A stretch of 64,000 bases of DNA, taken from the NCBI GenBank assembly GCA_023229795.1, contig JALNYP010000001.1, positions 5,321 through 69,320 on the forward strand. Direction: 5' to 3'. The translations under genes and the position numbers were made by a program. The stretch's first letter is position 1. Each line of letters opens with the position of its first letter. The notes beneath the pieces were generated by a model, which saw only the letters and a list, made by a program, of their open reading frames with translations, was not told the origin of the DNA and did no database searches. Origin of the DNA: Syntrophobacterales bacterium (lineage in GTDB: Bacteria; Desulfobacterota; Desulfobaccia; Desulfobaccales; 0-14-0-80-60-11). Shown piece after piece: positions 47,721 to 57,047 of this stretch.

Positions 47721-48121
47721 GAGTTCTCCTGGACACCAACGTCATCGTCAGCGCGGTTGCGACCCGGGGGCTGTGCGCCGACGTCTTTCGTGCGGTTCTA
47801 GCAGCACATGAACTAGTCACCTGTCCACAGGTTCTTCAGGAGGTCCGGCGCATCTTGAGTATGAAGTTCGGGGTCCCGGAACCGTTGATCGCGGAATATC
47901 TGGAACTTATCGGGCAAGAAGCCATCGTGGCCGAGCCTGAAGACTTGCCGGACCTCCCCATCCAGGACCGGGATGACGCGCCCATCGTCGCGGCGGCCAT
48001 CGCCGCCCGGGCGCAGGTCCTGGTTACCGGCGATCACGAGCTGCAAGGCCTCAAGAACATCGAGCAACTAAGGATTATTTCCCCGAGGGCGTTCTGGGAA
48101 GAACTAACGGCCCAGGAATAA
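47717..48121 (+). CDS. PIN-domain toxin (type II TA)
   Basis: MRVLLDTNVIVSAV..., DRDDAPIVAAAI..., LVTGD are the acidic PIN residues. Confidence 0.8.
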   Translation: MRVLLDTNVIVSAVATRGLCADVFRAVLAAHELVTCPQVLQEVRRILSMKFGVPEPLIAEYLELIGQEAIVAEPEDLPDLPIQDRDDAPIVAAAIAARAQVLVTGDHELQGLKNIEQLRIISPRAFWEELTAQE

Positions 48122-48195
48122 AGGTTTGGCAGGGTGCGTCTTACGCACCATTGCAGAAGTCTCGGACATGGCGATCGCGTTATGGTGCTTCAAGC

Positions 48196-48380
48196 CGCAC
48201 CTCACCCTGGGCCGGGTGAAATCCCCGATGAACCGGGAGAAACTGGCCCGGATGCTGGAGAAGATGCCGCCGGTGGACTGGCCGCCCTTTGCGGTGAAGC
48301 AGTTGATCCTGTTTCAGAGCGTGTTGTCGCCGCAAGGGTCGAAATATACGCCGTTGAAGGCGATTCCCTTGGGGAGATAA
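48196..48380 (+). pseudogene. Orphan duplicate of the 3' end of thpR
   Basis: It encodes PHLTLGRVKSPMNREKLARMLEKMPPVDWPPFAVKQLILFQSVLSPQGSKYTPLKAIPLGR. By hand alignment it has 19 substitutions over 59 codons relative to 47208-47395, 14 of them synonymous. There is no 5' part of the gene. Confidence 0.85.
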
Positions 48381-48413
48381 TCGAGGCATGGTAGCCGCAG
48401 GCTTTAGAAAATC

Positions 48414-48628
48414 ATAGGGCGGCCCTTGGCCGCCGAAAAGAATTGGCGTGCAGGGCACGCCCTACATGGCTGTTCCGGGCACAGGCTGGAAAGCCTGTGC
48501 TACCAACAGCATTTTTTTCTGGTTCCCAAGCTGGGCTGGGAACCCTATTGAGTGCAGAGCTATGCTTTGCGAAATATTTCGGCCCGTTAGCCAAACTACG
48601 ATTTCCCAAGCAAAGCTTGGGAACGAGG
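48414..48628. repeat. Cluster of at least five REP-like hairpins from three dispersed families
   Basis: TAGGGCGGCCcttGGCCGCC, GGCGTGCagGGCACGCCCTAC, GCACAGGCTggaaAGCCTGTGC, GGTTCCCAgctgggcTGGGAACC and TTCCCAAGCaaaGCTTGGGAA, back to back. Confidence 0.8.
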
Positions 48629-48640
48629 AAAACCGATAAC

Positions 48641-48996
48641 GTGGAATTCCTTAAGACTATAGCAATAATTGTAGGAGTTATGGTTAGCGTAATAGGTATA
48701 ATGGGCGGAATTTTTTCTTTGCCAAATAGTTATAGGCGCTTTAGAAAAGGATTTTATCCACATGGTGAAAAGGGTACAGGTTCTATTGTACTATCCAAAA
48801 AAATAATAAATGAAAGACAGTTTGTAACTTTCCTTGTTATTGAAGATATTTTTCAATTTATTAAAGCATTTCTTCAACCAAAGGAATGGGGAGGGGAATT
48901 TGAATCAATAGAAAAAATTGGAGAATATTATAAAATAGTAATTTCCTATCCGAAAGAAAAAGAATTCAATTTCTATATAACCAAGGGGAACAAAAA

Positions 48997-49000
<4 letters not shown>
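48641..49000 (+). CDS. Small AT-rich membrane-anchored hypothetical protein, stop overlapping the recA start
   Basis: GTG start with a [33 protein letters not shown] (one TM helix) followed by a Lys/Glu-rich domain. The ATGA overlap with recA falls at 48997-49000. Codon composition is unlike the flanks. Confidence 0.5.
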
Positions 49001-50025
<1,025 letters not shown>

Positions 50026-50028
50026 GAC

Positions 50029-52671
50029 ATGACCAGCCGCGAGATCCGGGAGACCTTTTTACGTTTTTTCGCCTCCAAAGGCCACACCAGGGTGACCAGT
50101 TCCTCCTTGGTTCCCGCCGGAGACCCCACCCTGCTGTTTACCAACGCCGGGATGGTGCAATTTAAAAAGGTGTTCCTGGGGGAAGACCCCCGCCCCTATA
50201 CCCGGGCCGCCACCTCCCAGAAGTGCGTCCGGGCCGGCGGCAAACACAACGACCTGGAAAACGTGGGCTTTACCGCCCGCCACCACACCTTCTTTGAGAT
50301 GCTGGGGAATTTTTCCTTCGGCGACTATTTCAAGGAAGGGGTCATCGAGATGGCCTGGGAACTCCTGACCCAACATTATAAACTCCCGGCGGATAAGCTC
50401 TGGGCCACCGTGTTCCATGAAGACGAAGACGCGGCCCGCCTCTGGGAGAAGATCGCCGGGCTGCCGCCGGACCGCATCATCGGCATGGGCGAAAAAGACA
50501 ACTTTTGGGCCATGGGGGACACCGGGCCCTGCGGCCCCTGCTCCGAAATCCTCATTGATCAGGGCGAGAGCATGGCCTGCGGCCCGGAGTGCGGCATCGG
50601 CAAGTGCGAATGCGACCGCTATCTCGAGATCTGGAACCTGGTCTTCATGCAGTATAACCGGACCCCGGACGGCGTCCTGCACCCCCTGCCCAAACCCAGT
50701 ATCGACACGGGTATGGGCCTGGAGCGCCTCTGCGCGGTCATCCAGGGGGTCAAGAGCAATTTCGACTGCGACCTCTTGCGGCCGGTGATCGCGGGGGTCG
50801 AAGAGCTGGCCGGCCAGGCATACGGCGCCAGCGACACGCAGAACGTGCCCTTCCGGGTCATCGCGGATCATTCCCGGGCCACCGCTTTTCTCATTGCCGA
50901 CGGCGTGCTGCCCTCCAACGAGGGCCGGGGCTACGTGCTCAGGCGCATTATGCGCCGGGCCATCCGGTTCGGGCGGCTCCTGAACCTGCCCACCCCGTTT
51001 CTGGCCAGAGTCTGCGACCGGGTGGTGGACCTCATGGGCGAGGTCTATCCCGAACTGCACCAGATGCACCATATCATGGCCCAGGTGGTGACCAGCGAAG
51101 AAGAGCGTTTTGCCGACACCCTGGACCATGGCCTGAAGCTCCTGGGCGATGAGCTGGAGTACCTCAAGCACCACAGCCTGAAGATCCTGCCGGGAGAGGT
51201 GGCCTTCAAGCTCTACGACACCTACGGCTTCCCTCTGGACCTGGTCCAGGACACCCTGCGGGAAGAGGGGCTGGTGCTGGACCTGGAAGGCTTCGAGGCG
51301 AACATGCGGGCCCAGAAGGAGGCCTCCCGGCAGTCCTGGAAAGGCGGGCCGGGGGAAGAGCTGCCCGCGGTCTATCAGGAGCTGGCGGAATGGCCAGCCA
51401 CGCAATTCCTGGGCTATGAGGCCCTGGAGGCCGACAGCACCATCCTGGCCCTCATCGTGGAGGGCGGCCACAACTCTCAGGCCGAAGCCGGGGAGGACGT
51501 GGAGGTCATCACCGGGGCCACGCCGTTTTACGGCGAGTCCGGCGGCCAGGTGGGGGACACGGGGCTGATCTATGGCGACGGCTGGTCCATCCGCATCAGC
51601 GGCACCCAAAAACTGCCCAACGACCTCATGGTGCATGAGGGCAAGGTCGAGGCCGGCACCGTTCACGTCAATGACCCGGCGCACCTGGAAGTGGACGCGG
51701 CCCGGCGCCGCCGCATCATGGCCCACCACACCGCCACCCACCTCCTCCAGGCCGTGTTGCGGCGCCATTTGGGCGACCACGTCAAGCAGTCCGGCTCCCT
51801 GGTGGACCCGGAGCGCCTGCGCTTCGACTTTACCCACTACCAGGCCATCACCCCTGAGGAACTGGAGGCCATCGAACTGGATCTGAACGAGGCCGTGGCC
51901 GCCAACCTGCCGGTACACACGGATAAGATGTCCATGACCGAGGCCCTGGAGCAGGGAGCCACCGCCCTGTTCGAGGAAAAGTACGGCGACGAAGTGCGGG
52001 TGGTGAGCGTCCCCGAGGTCAGCCAGGAACTCTGCGGCGGCACCCATGTGGAGCGCACCGGCGATCTGGGGCTCTGTAAAATCACCACCGAGACCTCTAT
52101 TGCCGCGGGTATCCGCCGCATCGAGGCGGTGTGCGGCGTGGAAGCGGTGAAGCTCACCCAGGACCAGGCCCGGGAACTGGACCAGGCCGCGGGCCTTCTC
52201 AAGGGCGGCCGGGCCGACCTGGTGACCCGGCTGGAAAAGATGCTGGCCAACCAGAAAAAACTGGAAAAAGAAGTGGAGGCCCTCAAGGGCCGCCTGGCTT
52301 CCACCCAGGCCCGAGACCTGGTGGATCAGGTGCGCCAGGTGGAGGGGGTGCAAGTCCTGGCCCTGAAGGTGGACGCCGCGGACCCCAAGAGCCTCCGGGA
52401 CTTTGCGGTGAAATTCCAGGATAAGCTGAAAAGCGGCATCGTGGTCCTGGGCAGCGACGCGGGCGACAAGGCCATGCTCATCGCCCTGGTATCCAAAGAC
52501 CTGACCAAACGCTTCCCTGCCGGGGAGATCATCAAAGCCATCGCCCCTACCATCGGCGGCAGCGGCGGCGGCCGCCCCGATATGGCCCAGGCCGGCGGCC
52601 CGGACAAGGACAAAATCCCTGCTGCTTTGGAGATGGCGTATGAGGTGATTGGTAGGAAGGTCGAGGAATAA
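50029..52671 (+). CDS. alaS: Alanine--tRNA ligase
   Basis: FTNAGMVQFK, KHNDLENVG, editing-domain HTATHLL and the C-terminal DHHA1 GGGRPDMAQAGG. 880 aa. Confidence 0.95.
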   Translation: MTSREIRETFLRFFASKGHTRVTSSSLVPAGDPTLLFTNAGMVQFKKVFLGEDPRPYTRAATSQKCVRAGGKHNDLENVGFTARHHTFFEMLGNFSFGDYFKEGVIEMAWELLTQHYKLPADKLWATVFHEDEDAARLWEKIAGLPPDRIIGMGEKDNFWAMGDTGPCGPCSEILIDQGESMACGPECGIGKCECDRYLEIWNLVFMQYNRTPDGVLHPLPKPSIDTGMGLERLCAVIQGVKSNFDCDLLRPVIAGVEELAGQAYGASDTQNVPFRVIADHSRATAFLIADGVLPSNEGRGYVLRRIMRRAIRFGRLLNLPTPFLARVCDRVVDLMGEVYPELHQMHHIMAQVVTSEEERFADTLDHGLKLLGDELEYLKHHSLKILPGEVAFKLYDTYGFPLDLVQDTLREEGLVLDLEGFEANMRAQKEASRQSWKGGPGEELPAVYQELAEWPATQFLGYEALEADSTILALIVEGGHNSQAEAGEDVEVITGATPFYGESGGQVGDTGLIYGDGWSIRISGTQKLPNDLMVHEGKVEAGTVHVNDPAHLEVDAARRRRIMAHHTATHLLQAVLRRHLGDHVKQSGSLVDPERLRFDFTHYQAITPEELEAIELDLNEAVAANLPVHTDKMSMTEALEQGATALFEEKYGDEVRVVSVPEVSQELCGGTHVERTGDLGLCKITTETSIAAGIRRIEAVCGVEAVKLTQDQARELDQAAGLLKGGRADLVTRLEKMLANQKKLEKEVEALKGRLASTQARDLVDQVRQVEGVQVLALKVDAADPKSLRDFAVKFQDKLKSGIVVLGSDAGDKAMLIALVSKDLTKRFPAGEIIKAIAPTIGGSGGGRPDMAQAGGPDKDKIPAALEMAYEVIGRKVEE

Positions 52672-52710
52672 GAAAATATCGTCAATTTCTCAGCTTAATT
52701 GGAGATGGTT

Positions 52711-52932
52711 ATGCCTAATAAATTTACCGCGGTAATTACCAAAGAAGAAGAATGGTATGTGGCTTATTGCATGGAGTTAGGAGTGGTGAGCCAGGGGAAA
52801 ACCATCGAAGAAGCCCAAGCTAATCTGCGGGAGGCCGTTGAGCTTTACCTCGAAAGCTTTGGAGCAGAAGACCTTCCCAAAACCACCGGAGAAATGATGC
52901 TCTATCCCTTTGAGGTGGCAGTAGGTGGCTAA
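52711..52932 (+). CDS. hicB: HicB-family antitoxin
   Basis: FTAVITKEEEWYVAYCMELGVVSQGKTIEEAQANLREAVELYLE. Overlaps the downstream hicA. Confidence 0.8.
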   Translation: MPNKFTAVITKEEEWYVAYCMELGVVSQGKTIEEAQANLREAVELYLESFGAEDLPKTTGEMMLYPFEVAVGG

Positions 52933-53140
52933 AATTCCTGCCTTATCCGGTGAGAACCTGATTAAGGCTCTAAAGAAAGCAGGATTTCACCAGGTGCGCA
53001 CAAGGGGTAGCCATGTAAGCTTGGAGAATGGCCCTTATCGAACCGTGGTGCCGCTTCACGATGAGCTTTCCCGAGGAACCCTCTTGGCAATTTTGAAGCA
53101 GTGCGGTTTATCAAAGGAAGAGCTTTTAAAGTTACTCTAG
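52925..53140 (+). CDS. hicA: HicA-family mRNA-interferase toxin
   Basis: LSGENLIKALKKAGFHQVRTRGSHVSL...VVPLH.ELSRGTLLAILKQCGLSKEE. GTG start. Confidence 0.8.
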   Translation: MAKIPALSGENLIKALKKAGFHQVRTRGSHVSLENGPYRTVVPLHDELSRGTLLAILKQCGLSKEELLKLL

Positions 53141-53172
53141 ATGACACGGGATTACAAGCTGACCAGAGGCGG

Positions 53173-53271
53173 CGCCCCGACATGGCCCAGGCCGGGGGCC
53201 TGGATAAGGACAAAATCCCCGCTGCCCTGGAGATGGCGTATGAGGTGATCGCTAAGAAGGCGAAGGGGTAA
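53173..53271 (+). pseudogene. Orphan duplicate of the 3' end of alaS
   Basis: It encodes RPDMAQAGGLDKDKIPAALEMAYEVIAKKAKG*, against RPDMAQAGGPDKDKIPAALEMAYEVIGRKVEE* at 52573-52671. The offset is exactly 600 nt and I counted 15 nucleotide differences in 99 nt by hand. Confidence 0.85.
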
Positions 53272-53345
53272 AGATTGGGGGGAGGGGCTAAGGTCGGGAG
53301 CTTTTTAACCCCTCCCACAATCCCGTAAGTAATGTGGGGTGTTCC

Positions 53346-53558
53346 ATGAAAAAGCATAGATTCACCGTATTGATCGAACGGGATGATGATGGTTACTTAG
53401 TGGCCATGGTTCCGGCTCTCAAGAGCTGCTATACGCAAGCGAAGACTATGGAAGAACTCATGCCCCGGATCAAAGAAGTCATAGAACTGTGCTTGCAGGA
53501 AGAAGAACCGGTGATTATGAGTTTTGAGGGAGTTCAGCAGATAGAGATTGTGGCATGA
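53346..53558 (+). CDS. hicB: HicB-family antitoxin (second copy)
   Basis: FTVLIERDDDGYLVAMVPALKSCYTQAKTMEELMPRIKEVIELCLQEE. Confidence 0.75.
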   Translation: MKKHRFTVLIERDDDGYLVAMVPALKSCYTQAKTMEELMPRIKEVIELCLQEEEPVIMSFEGVQQIEIVA

Positions 53559-53790
53559 GCCGTCTGCCACCATCAGTCCTGGCCTGATGGTAAAATTTCT
53601 TCTGGAAATAGGATTTGAGAAGAGCCCCCAACATGGGAGCCATATCTTTTTCCGCCATCCTGATGGCCGCACCGCCACAGTTCCATTCCATAAAGGGGAA
53701 GATTTGGGTCGCGGTTTGACCAGCAAAATTCTCCACGATATAGATGTCTCGCGCGACTTTTTCTTGGCCTGGCTGGCAAAAAATCCATGA
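53555..53790 (+). pseudogene. hicA: HicA-family toxin with an early frameshift
   Basis: The ATG at 53555 overlaps the hicB stop (ATGA) and reads MSRLPPSVLA* (stop 53585). The HicA body (ISPGLMVKFLLEIGFEKSPQHGSHIFFRHPDGRTATVPFH...) is in the -1 frame. One missing base in CCA CCn restores MSRLPPISPGL. Confidence 0.65.
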
Positions 53791-53972
53791 GATGGTGCGA
53801 CCTCTCCTGTGAATACGCCTCTTTTCCCCGGGTCCAGGCCGTGGATGGGGCCGGGTCGTGCCGCAGCTTTGCGGCTCTGTATTGCGCCAAGCTCGGTCGG
53901 CTGGTGCACAAGAACGCCCCGTGTCCCTGCGATGAGAAAGCCGATCTTGGAGACCAGGGGCAGAAGACCTGA
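53787..53972 (+). CDS. Small Cys-rich hypothetical protein
   Basis: MRWCDLSCEYASFPRVQAVDGAGSCRSFAALYCAKLGRLVHKNAPCPC has six Cys. Host-like G+C. The ATG overlaps the hicA-2 stop. No family recognised. Confidence 0.35.
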   Translation: MRWCDLSCEYASFPRVQAVDGAGSCRSFAALYCAKLGRLVHKNAPCPCDEKADLGDQGQKT

Positions 53973-54125
53973 AGGATAGAGGGGCGGGCACAGAGGCCCG
54001 CCCCACCGCTGAAATTGCCATACGGTAGGGTGGGCACCGCCCACCAGATGGCGGGCAATCCCGCCAAAGACACCAAGGCGGGACGCCCGTGCCGCTGGAG
54101 CTGCAAAGAACCGAGGAGGTTCTCA

Positions 54126-54683
54126 ATGACTGGACTCTACATTATCCTGGGCGTGGTGGTGCTCCTGTTAGTCGGGGCGGTGACGATTTACAACCGGCTG
54201 GTGACCAACAAGAATATGGTGGCCGAGGGCTGGAGCGGCATCGACGTGCAGCTCAAGCGGCGGGCTGATCTGATTCCCAATCTCATCGAGGCGGTGAAGG
54301 GCTACATGGGCCACGAACGGGGCGTCCTGGACCAGGTGACCGAGCTTAGGGCGAAGAGCCTCAAGGCCGAGGGCGTGGGCGACAAGGCCAAGGTGGAAGG
54401 GGCCCTGGGCGCGGCGTTGGGTAACCTCTTCGCGGTGGCCGAAAATTATCCCGACCTCAAGGCTTCGGCCAACTTTATCCAGTTGCAGCAGTCCCTGGCC
54501 GACATCGAGGATCAGATCCAGCTATCCCGGCGTTATTACAACGGCGCGGCCCGGAACTTCAATATCCTGATCCAGTCTTTCCCCAGCAATCTGGTGGCGA
54601 ACACCTTCCACTTCACCGCGGTGGAATACTTCGAAATCGAGGCGGCCGCCGACCGGGAAGTGCCCAAGGTGTCCTTTCCTTAA
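54126..54683 (+). CDS. lemA: LemA-family protein
   Basis: N-terminal TM helix then YNRLV...WSGIDVQLKRRADLIPNLIEAVKGY..., ENYPDLKA..., RRYYNGAARNFN. Confidence 0.88.
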   Translation: MTGLYIILGVVVLLLVGAVTIYNRLVTNKNMVAEGWSGIDVQLKRRADLIPNLIEAVKGYMGHERGVLDQVTELRAKSLKAEGVGDKAKVEGALGAALGNLFAVAENYPDLKASANFIQLQQSLADIEDQIQLSRRYYNGAARNFNILIQSFPSNLVANTFHFTAVEYFEIEAAADREVPKVSFP

Positions 54684-54853
54684 AGGGGTGCCCAAGGGGA
54701 TGGCCTGCTCCCTCACTCCAACCCTTCTCCTATCGGGGGAGGGGGGGACTTCTCGCCGGTGCGGCGCAGGCTGAAGCCTGCGGCTACCTTGGTTTCATGG
54801 CCCAAGAACCTTCTTAGAATCAGGCTCGATTATATAAATCGCAGGATCAATCT

Positions 54854-56773
54854 ATGAAACTCCGTGCCCTTCTTCTGATTTGGTTGGCCGTCGCGGTCCT
54901 TGGCCTGCTAGCCGGGGCCGGTGTGGCTGCGGCCCAGTCCGAGCGCATCCTTAATTTTAGAAGCGTCATCGCGGTGCAGACCGACGCCTCCCTGACCGTC
55001 ACCGAGAACATCACGGTTAGGGCCACCGGCCGGGAGATCAAGCGGGGCCTGGTGCGGGATTTTCCCACCACCTATAAGGACCGGCTGGGGAACACCGTTA
55101 TGGTGGGCTTCGAAGTGCAGGAGGTCTTGCGGGATGGGCGGCCCGAGCCCTACCACACTCAGTCCGCCGCCAACGGGGTGAAGATCTACATCGGCCAGAA
55201 AGACGTGCTCCTGCGGCCCGGGGTCTATACCTATACCATCACTTATCGGGTTGACCGGGAACTGGGGTTTTTCAAGGATTTTGACGAGCTTTACTGGAAC
55301 GTCACCGGCAACGGCTGGACCTTCCCCATCGACCAAGCCGAAGCCGTCATCCAGTTGCCGGCCGGGGCCAAAATCCTGCGCTATGCCGCGTACACCGGTT
55401 ATCAGGGGGAGCGGGGCCATGACTTTACCGCGCAACCCGGAGACCGCGACATCCTGTTCAAGACCACCCGGGGCCTGGCCCCCCGGGAGGGTCTGACCGT
55501 GGCGGTGGCCTGGCCCAAGGGCGTGGTGCACGAGCCCACGAGCCAGGAGCGGATGGGCTTTTTTTTCCGGGACAACGTGGCGGTGGCCGTCGGCTTCATC
55601 TGGCTGGGCGTGCTGCTGGCTTTCTACCTTTGGGCCTGGTATCGGGTGGGCCGGGACCCGGCCAAAGGCACCATTATTCCCTTATACTCGCCGCCGGCGG
55701 GCTTTTCCCCGGCGGGAGTGCGCTTCGTCAGCCGCATGGGCTTTGATGACAAGGCCTTTGCCGCGGCGGTGGTGGACATGGCGGTGAAAGGCGCGGTGCT
55801 GATCCGGGAAGACGACGGCGATTACACCCTGGTCCGCAAAGACGCGGCCAAGAGAGCCCTGGACCGGAGCGAACAGTTGATCGTGGACCAACTCTTCGCC
55901 AGCGGGGGCGGCGAAATCAAGCTGGAAAACACCAACCATACCCGGATCAAGGCCGCCATCGACACCTTGAAGAAAAATCTGAAAACCGAGTTCGAGAAGA
56001 TCTACTTCGTCACCAACTCGGGCTATTTATGGCCCGGAATTGCCATCACCCTCCTGGGGGCGGCCCTGGTGATCCTGACGGCCCGGGAACGGGCGGCGGC
56101 CGCGGGGGGCTCCCTGTGGCTCCTCATCTGGACAATGGGCTGCTACTTTCTGGCGGTCACGGTGTATAAGAAGTGGCGGGCGGTTCGGGGCGGGGGCCTG
56201 GGAAGCCTGGGGGGAGCCCTGCTCACCACGCTGTTTGCCCTGCCCTTTTTTGCGGGCGAGATTTTTGGGGCGGTCATGGTCAGCGCGGCCGTATCCATCC
56301 CCGCGGCCGCGACCCTGGGCGTCATGGCCTTCCTGAACGCCCTGTTCTACCACCTGCTCAAGGCCCCTACCCTGTCGGGCCGGAAAATCATGGACCAGAT
56401 CGAGGGCTTCAAGCTCTATCTGTCGGTGGCGGAAAAAGAGCGCCTCAACCTGCTAAATCCGCCGGAAAAGACCCCGGAGCTCTTCGAGAAATACCTGCCC
56501 TACGCCCTGGCCCTGGACGTGGAGAACCAGTGGAGCGAACAGTTCGCCGAAGTGCTGGCCCACGCCGGGACCGAAGCCCAGCCCTACTCCCCGGTCTGGT
56601 ATTCCGGCCGGTCCTGGGACAGCTTCCACACCTCCCGGTTCACCGATTCCCTGGGCGGGGCCTTTGCCGGGGCCATCGCCTCGTCGTCCACGGCCCCGGG
56701 GTCGTCATCGGGGAGCGGCGGCGGCGGGTCCTCCGGCGGCGGGGGCGGGGGTGGCGGGGGGAGCGGCTGGTAG
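54854..56773 (+). CDS. DUF2207 domain-containing membrane protein with C-terminal poly-Gly/Ser tail
   Basis: Signal peptide, ERILNFRSVIAVQTDASLTVTENITV, internal TM cluster, and a tail SSGSGGGGSSGGGGGGGGGSGW. This is the usual partner of LemA. Confidence 0.8.
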   Translation: MKLRALLLIWLAVAVLGLLAGAGVAAAQSERILNFRSVIAVQTDASLTVTENITVRATGREIKRGLVRDFPTTYKDRLGNTVMVGFEVQEVLRDGRPEPYHTQSAANGVKIYIGQKDVLLRPGVYTYTITYRVDRELGFFKDFDELYWNVTGNGWTFPIDQAEAVIQLPAGAKILRYAAYTGYQGERGHDFTAQPGDRDILFKTTRGLAPREGLTVAVAWPKGVVHEPTSQERMGFFFRDNVAVAVGFIWLGVLLAFYLWAWYRVGRDPAKGTIIPLYSPPAGFSPAGVRFVSRMGFDDKAFAAAVVDMAVKGAVLIREDDGDYTLVRKDAAKRALDRSEQLIVDQLFASGGGEIKLENTNHTRIKAAIDTLKKNLKTEFEKIYFVTNSGYLWPGIAITLLGAALVILTARERAAAAGGSLWLLIWTMGCYFLAVTVYKKWRAVRGGGLGSLGGALLTTLFALPFFAGEIFGAVMVSAAVSIPAAATLGVMAFLNALFYHLLKAPTLSGRKIMDQIEGFKLYLSVAEKERLNLLNPPEKTPELFEKYLPYALALDVENQWSEQFAEVLAHAGTEAQPYSPVWYSGRSWDSFHTSRFTDSLGGAFAGAIASSSTAPGSSSGSGGGGSSGGGGGGGGGSGW

Positions 56774-57047
56774 TTTCGTCAGGAACGAGAAGGCGGGAAG
56801 AGCGGTAGCCATACGAAAGTGCAGTCAAAGGACATTTTTATCCCGCAGATTTCAGTCTTGGCCTGCACAGGCTGGAAAGCCTGTGCCACCGGTTGACTGC
56901 CAAATGGTATCATACCAAGTTGCACCCATAGAAGTCAGGAAACCCTTGACCTGTGGGGGCGCACCTGAGTGTGCGCCCTCAATCCAGGGCGGACACATAG
57001 GTCCGCCCCTACGAGAGATAAATTACCGGTTCGATCGCATCTTGGTA

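Noticed and set aside
48414-48628. Possible CRISPR array or tRNA cluster, because of the closely spaced palindromes
   Set aside because: The repeats belong to different families, have irregular spacing and have no constant repeat unit. None folds into a cloverleaf. They are REP-like hairpins instead.
50059-52353. 764-aa ORF on the minus strand covering most of alaS
   Set aside because: It is an antisense shadow ORF, typical of high-G+C DNA. The sequence is low-complexity and Gly/Ala/Pro/Arg-rich with no recognisable motifs, whereas the plus strand encodes a complete AlaRS.
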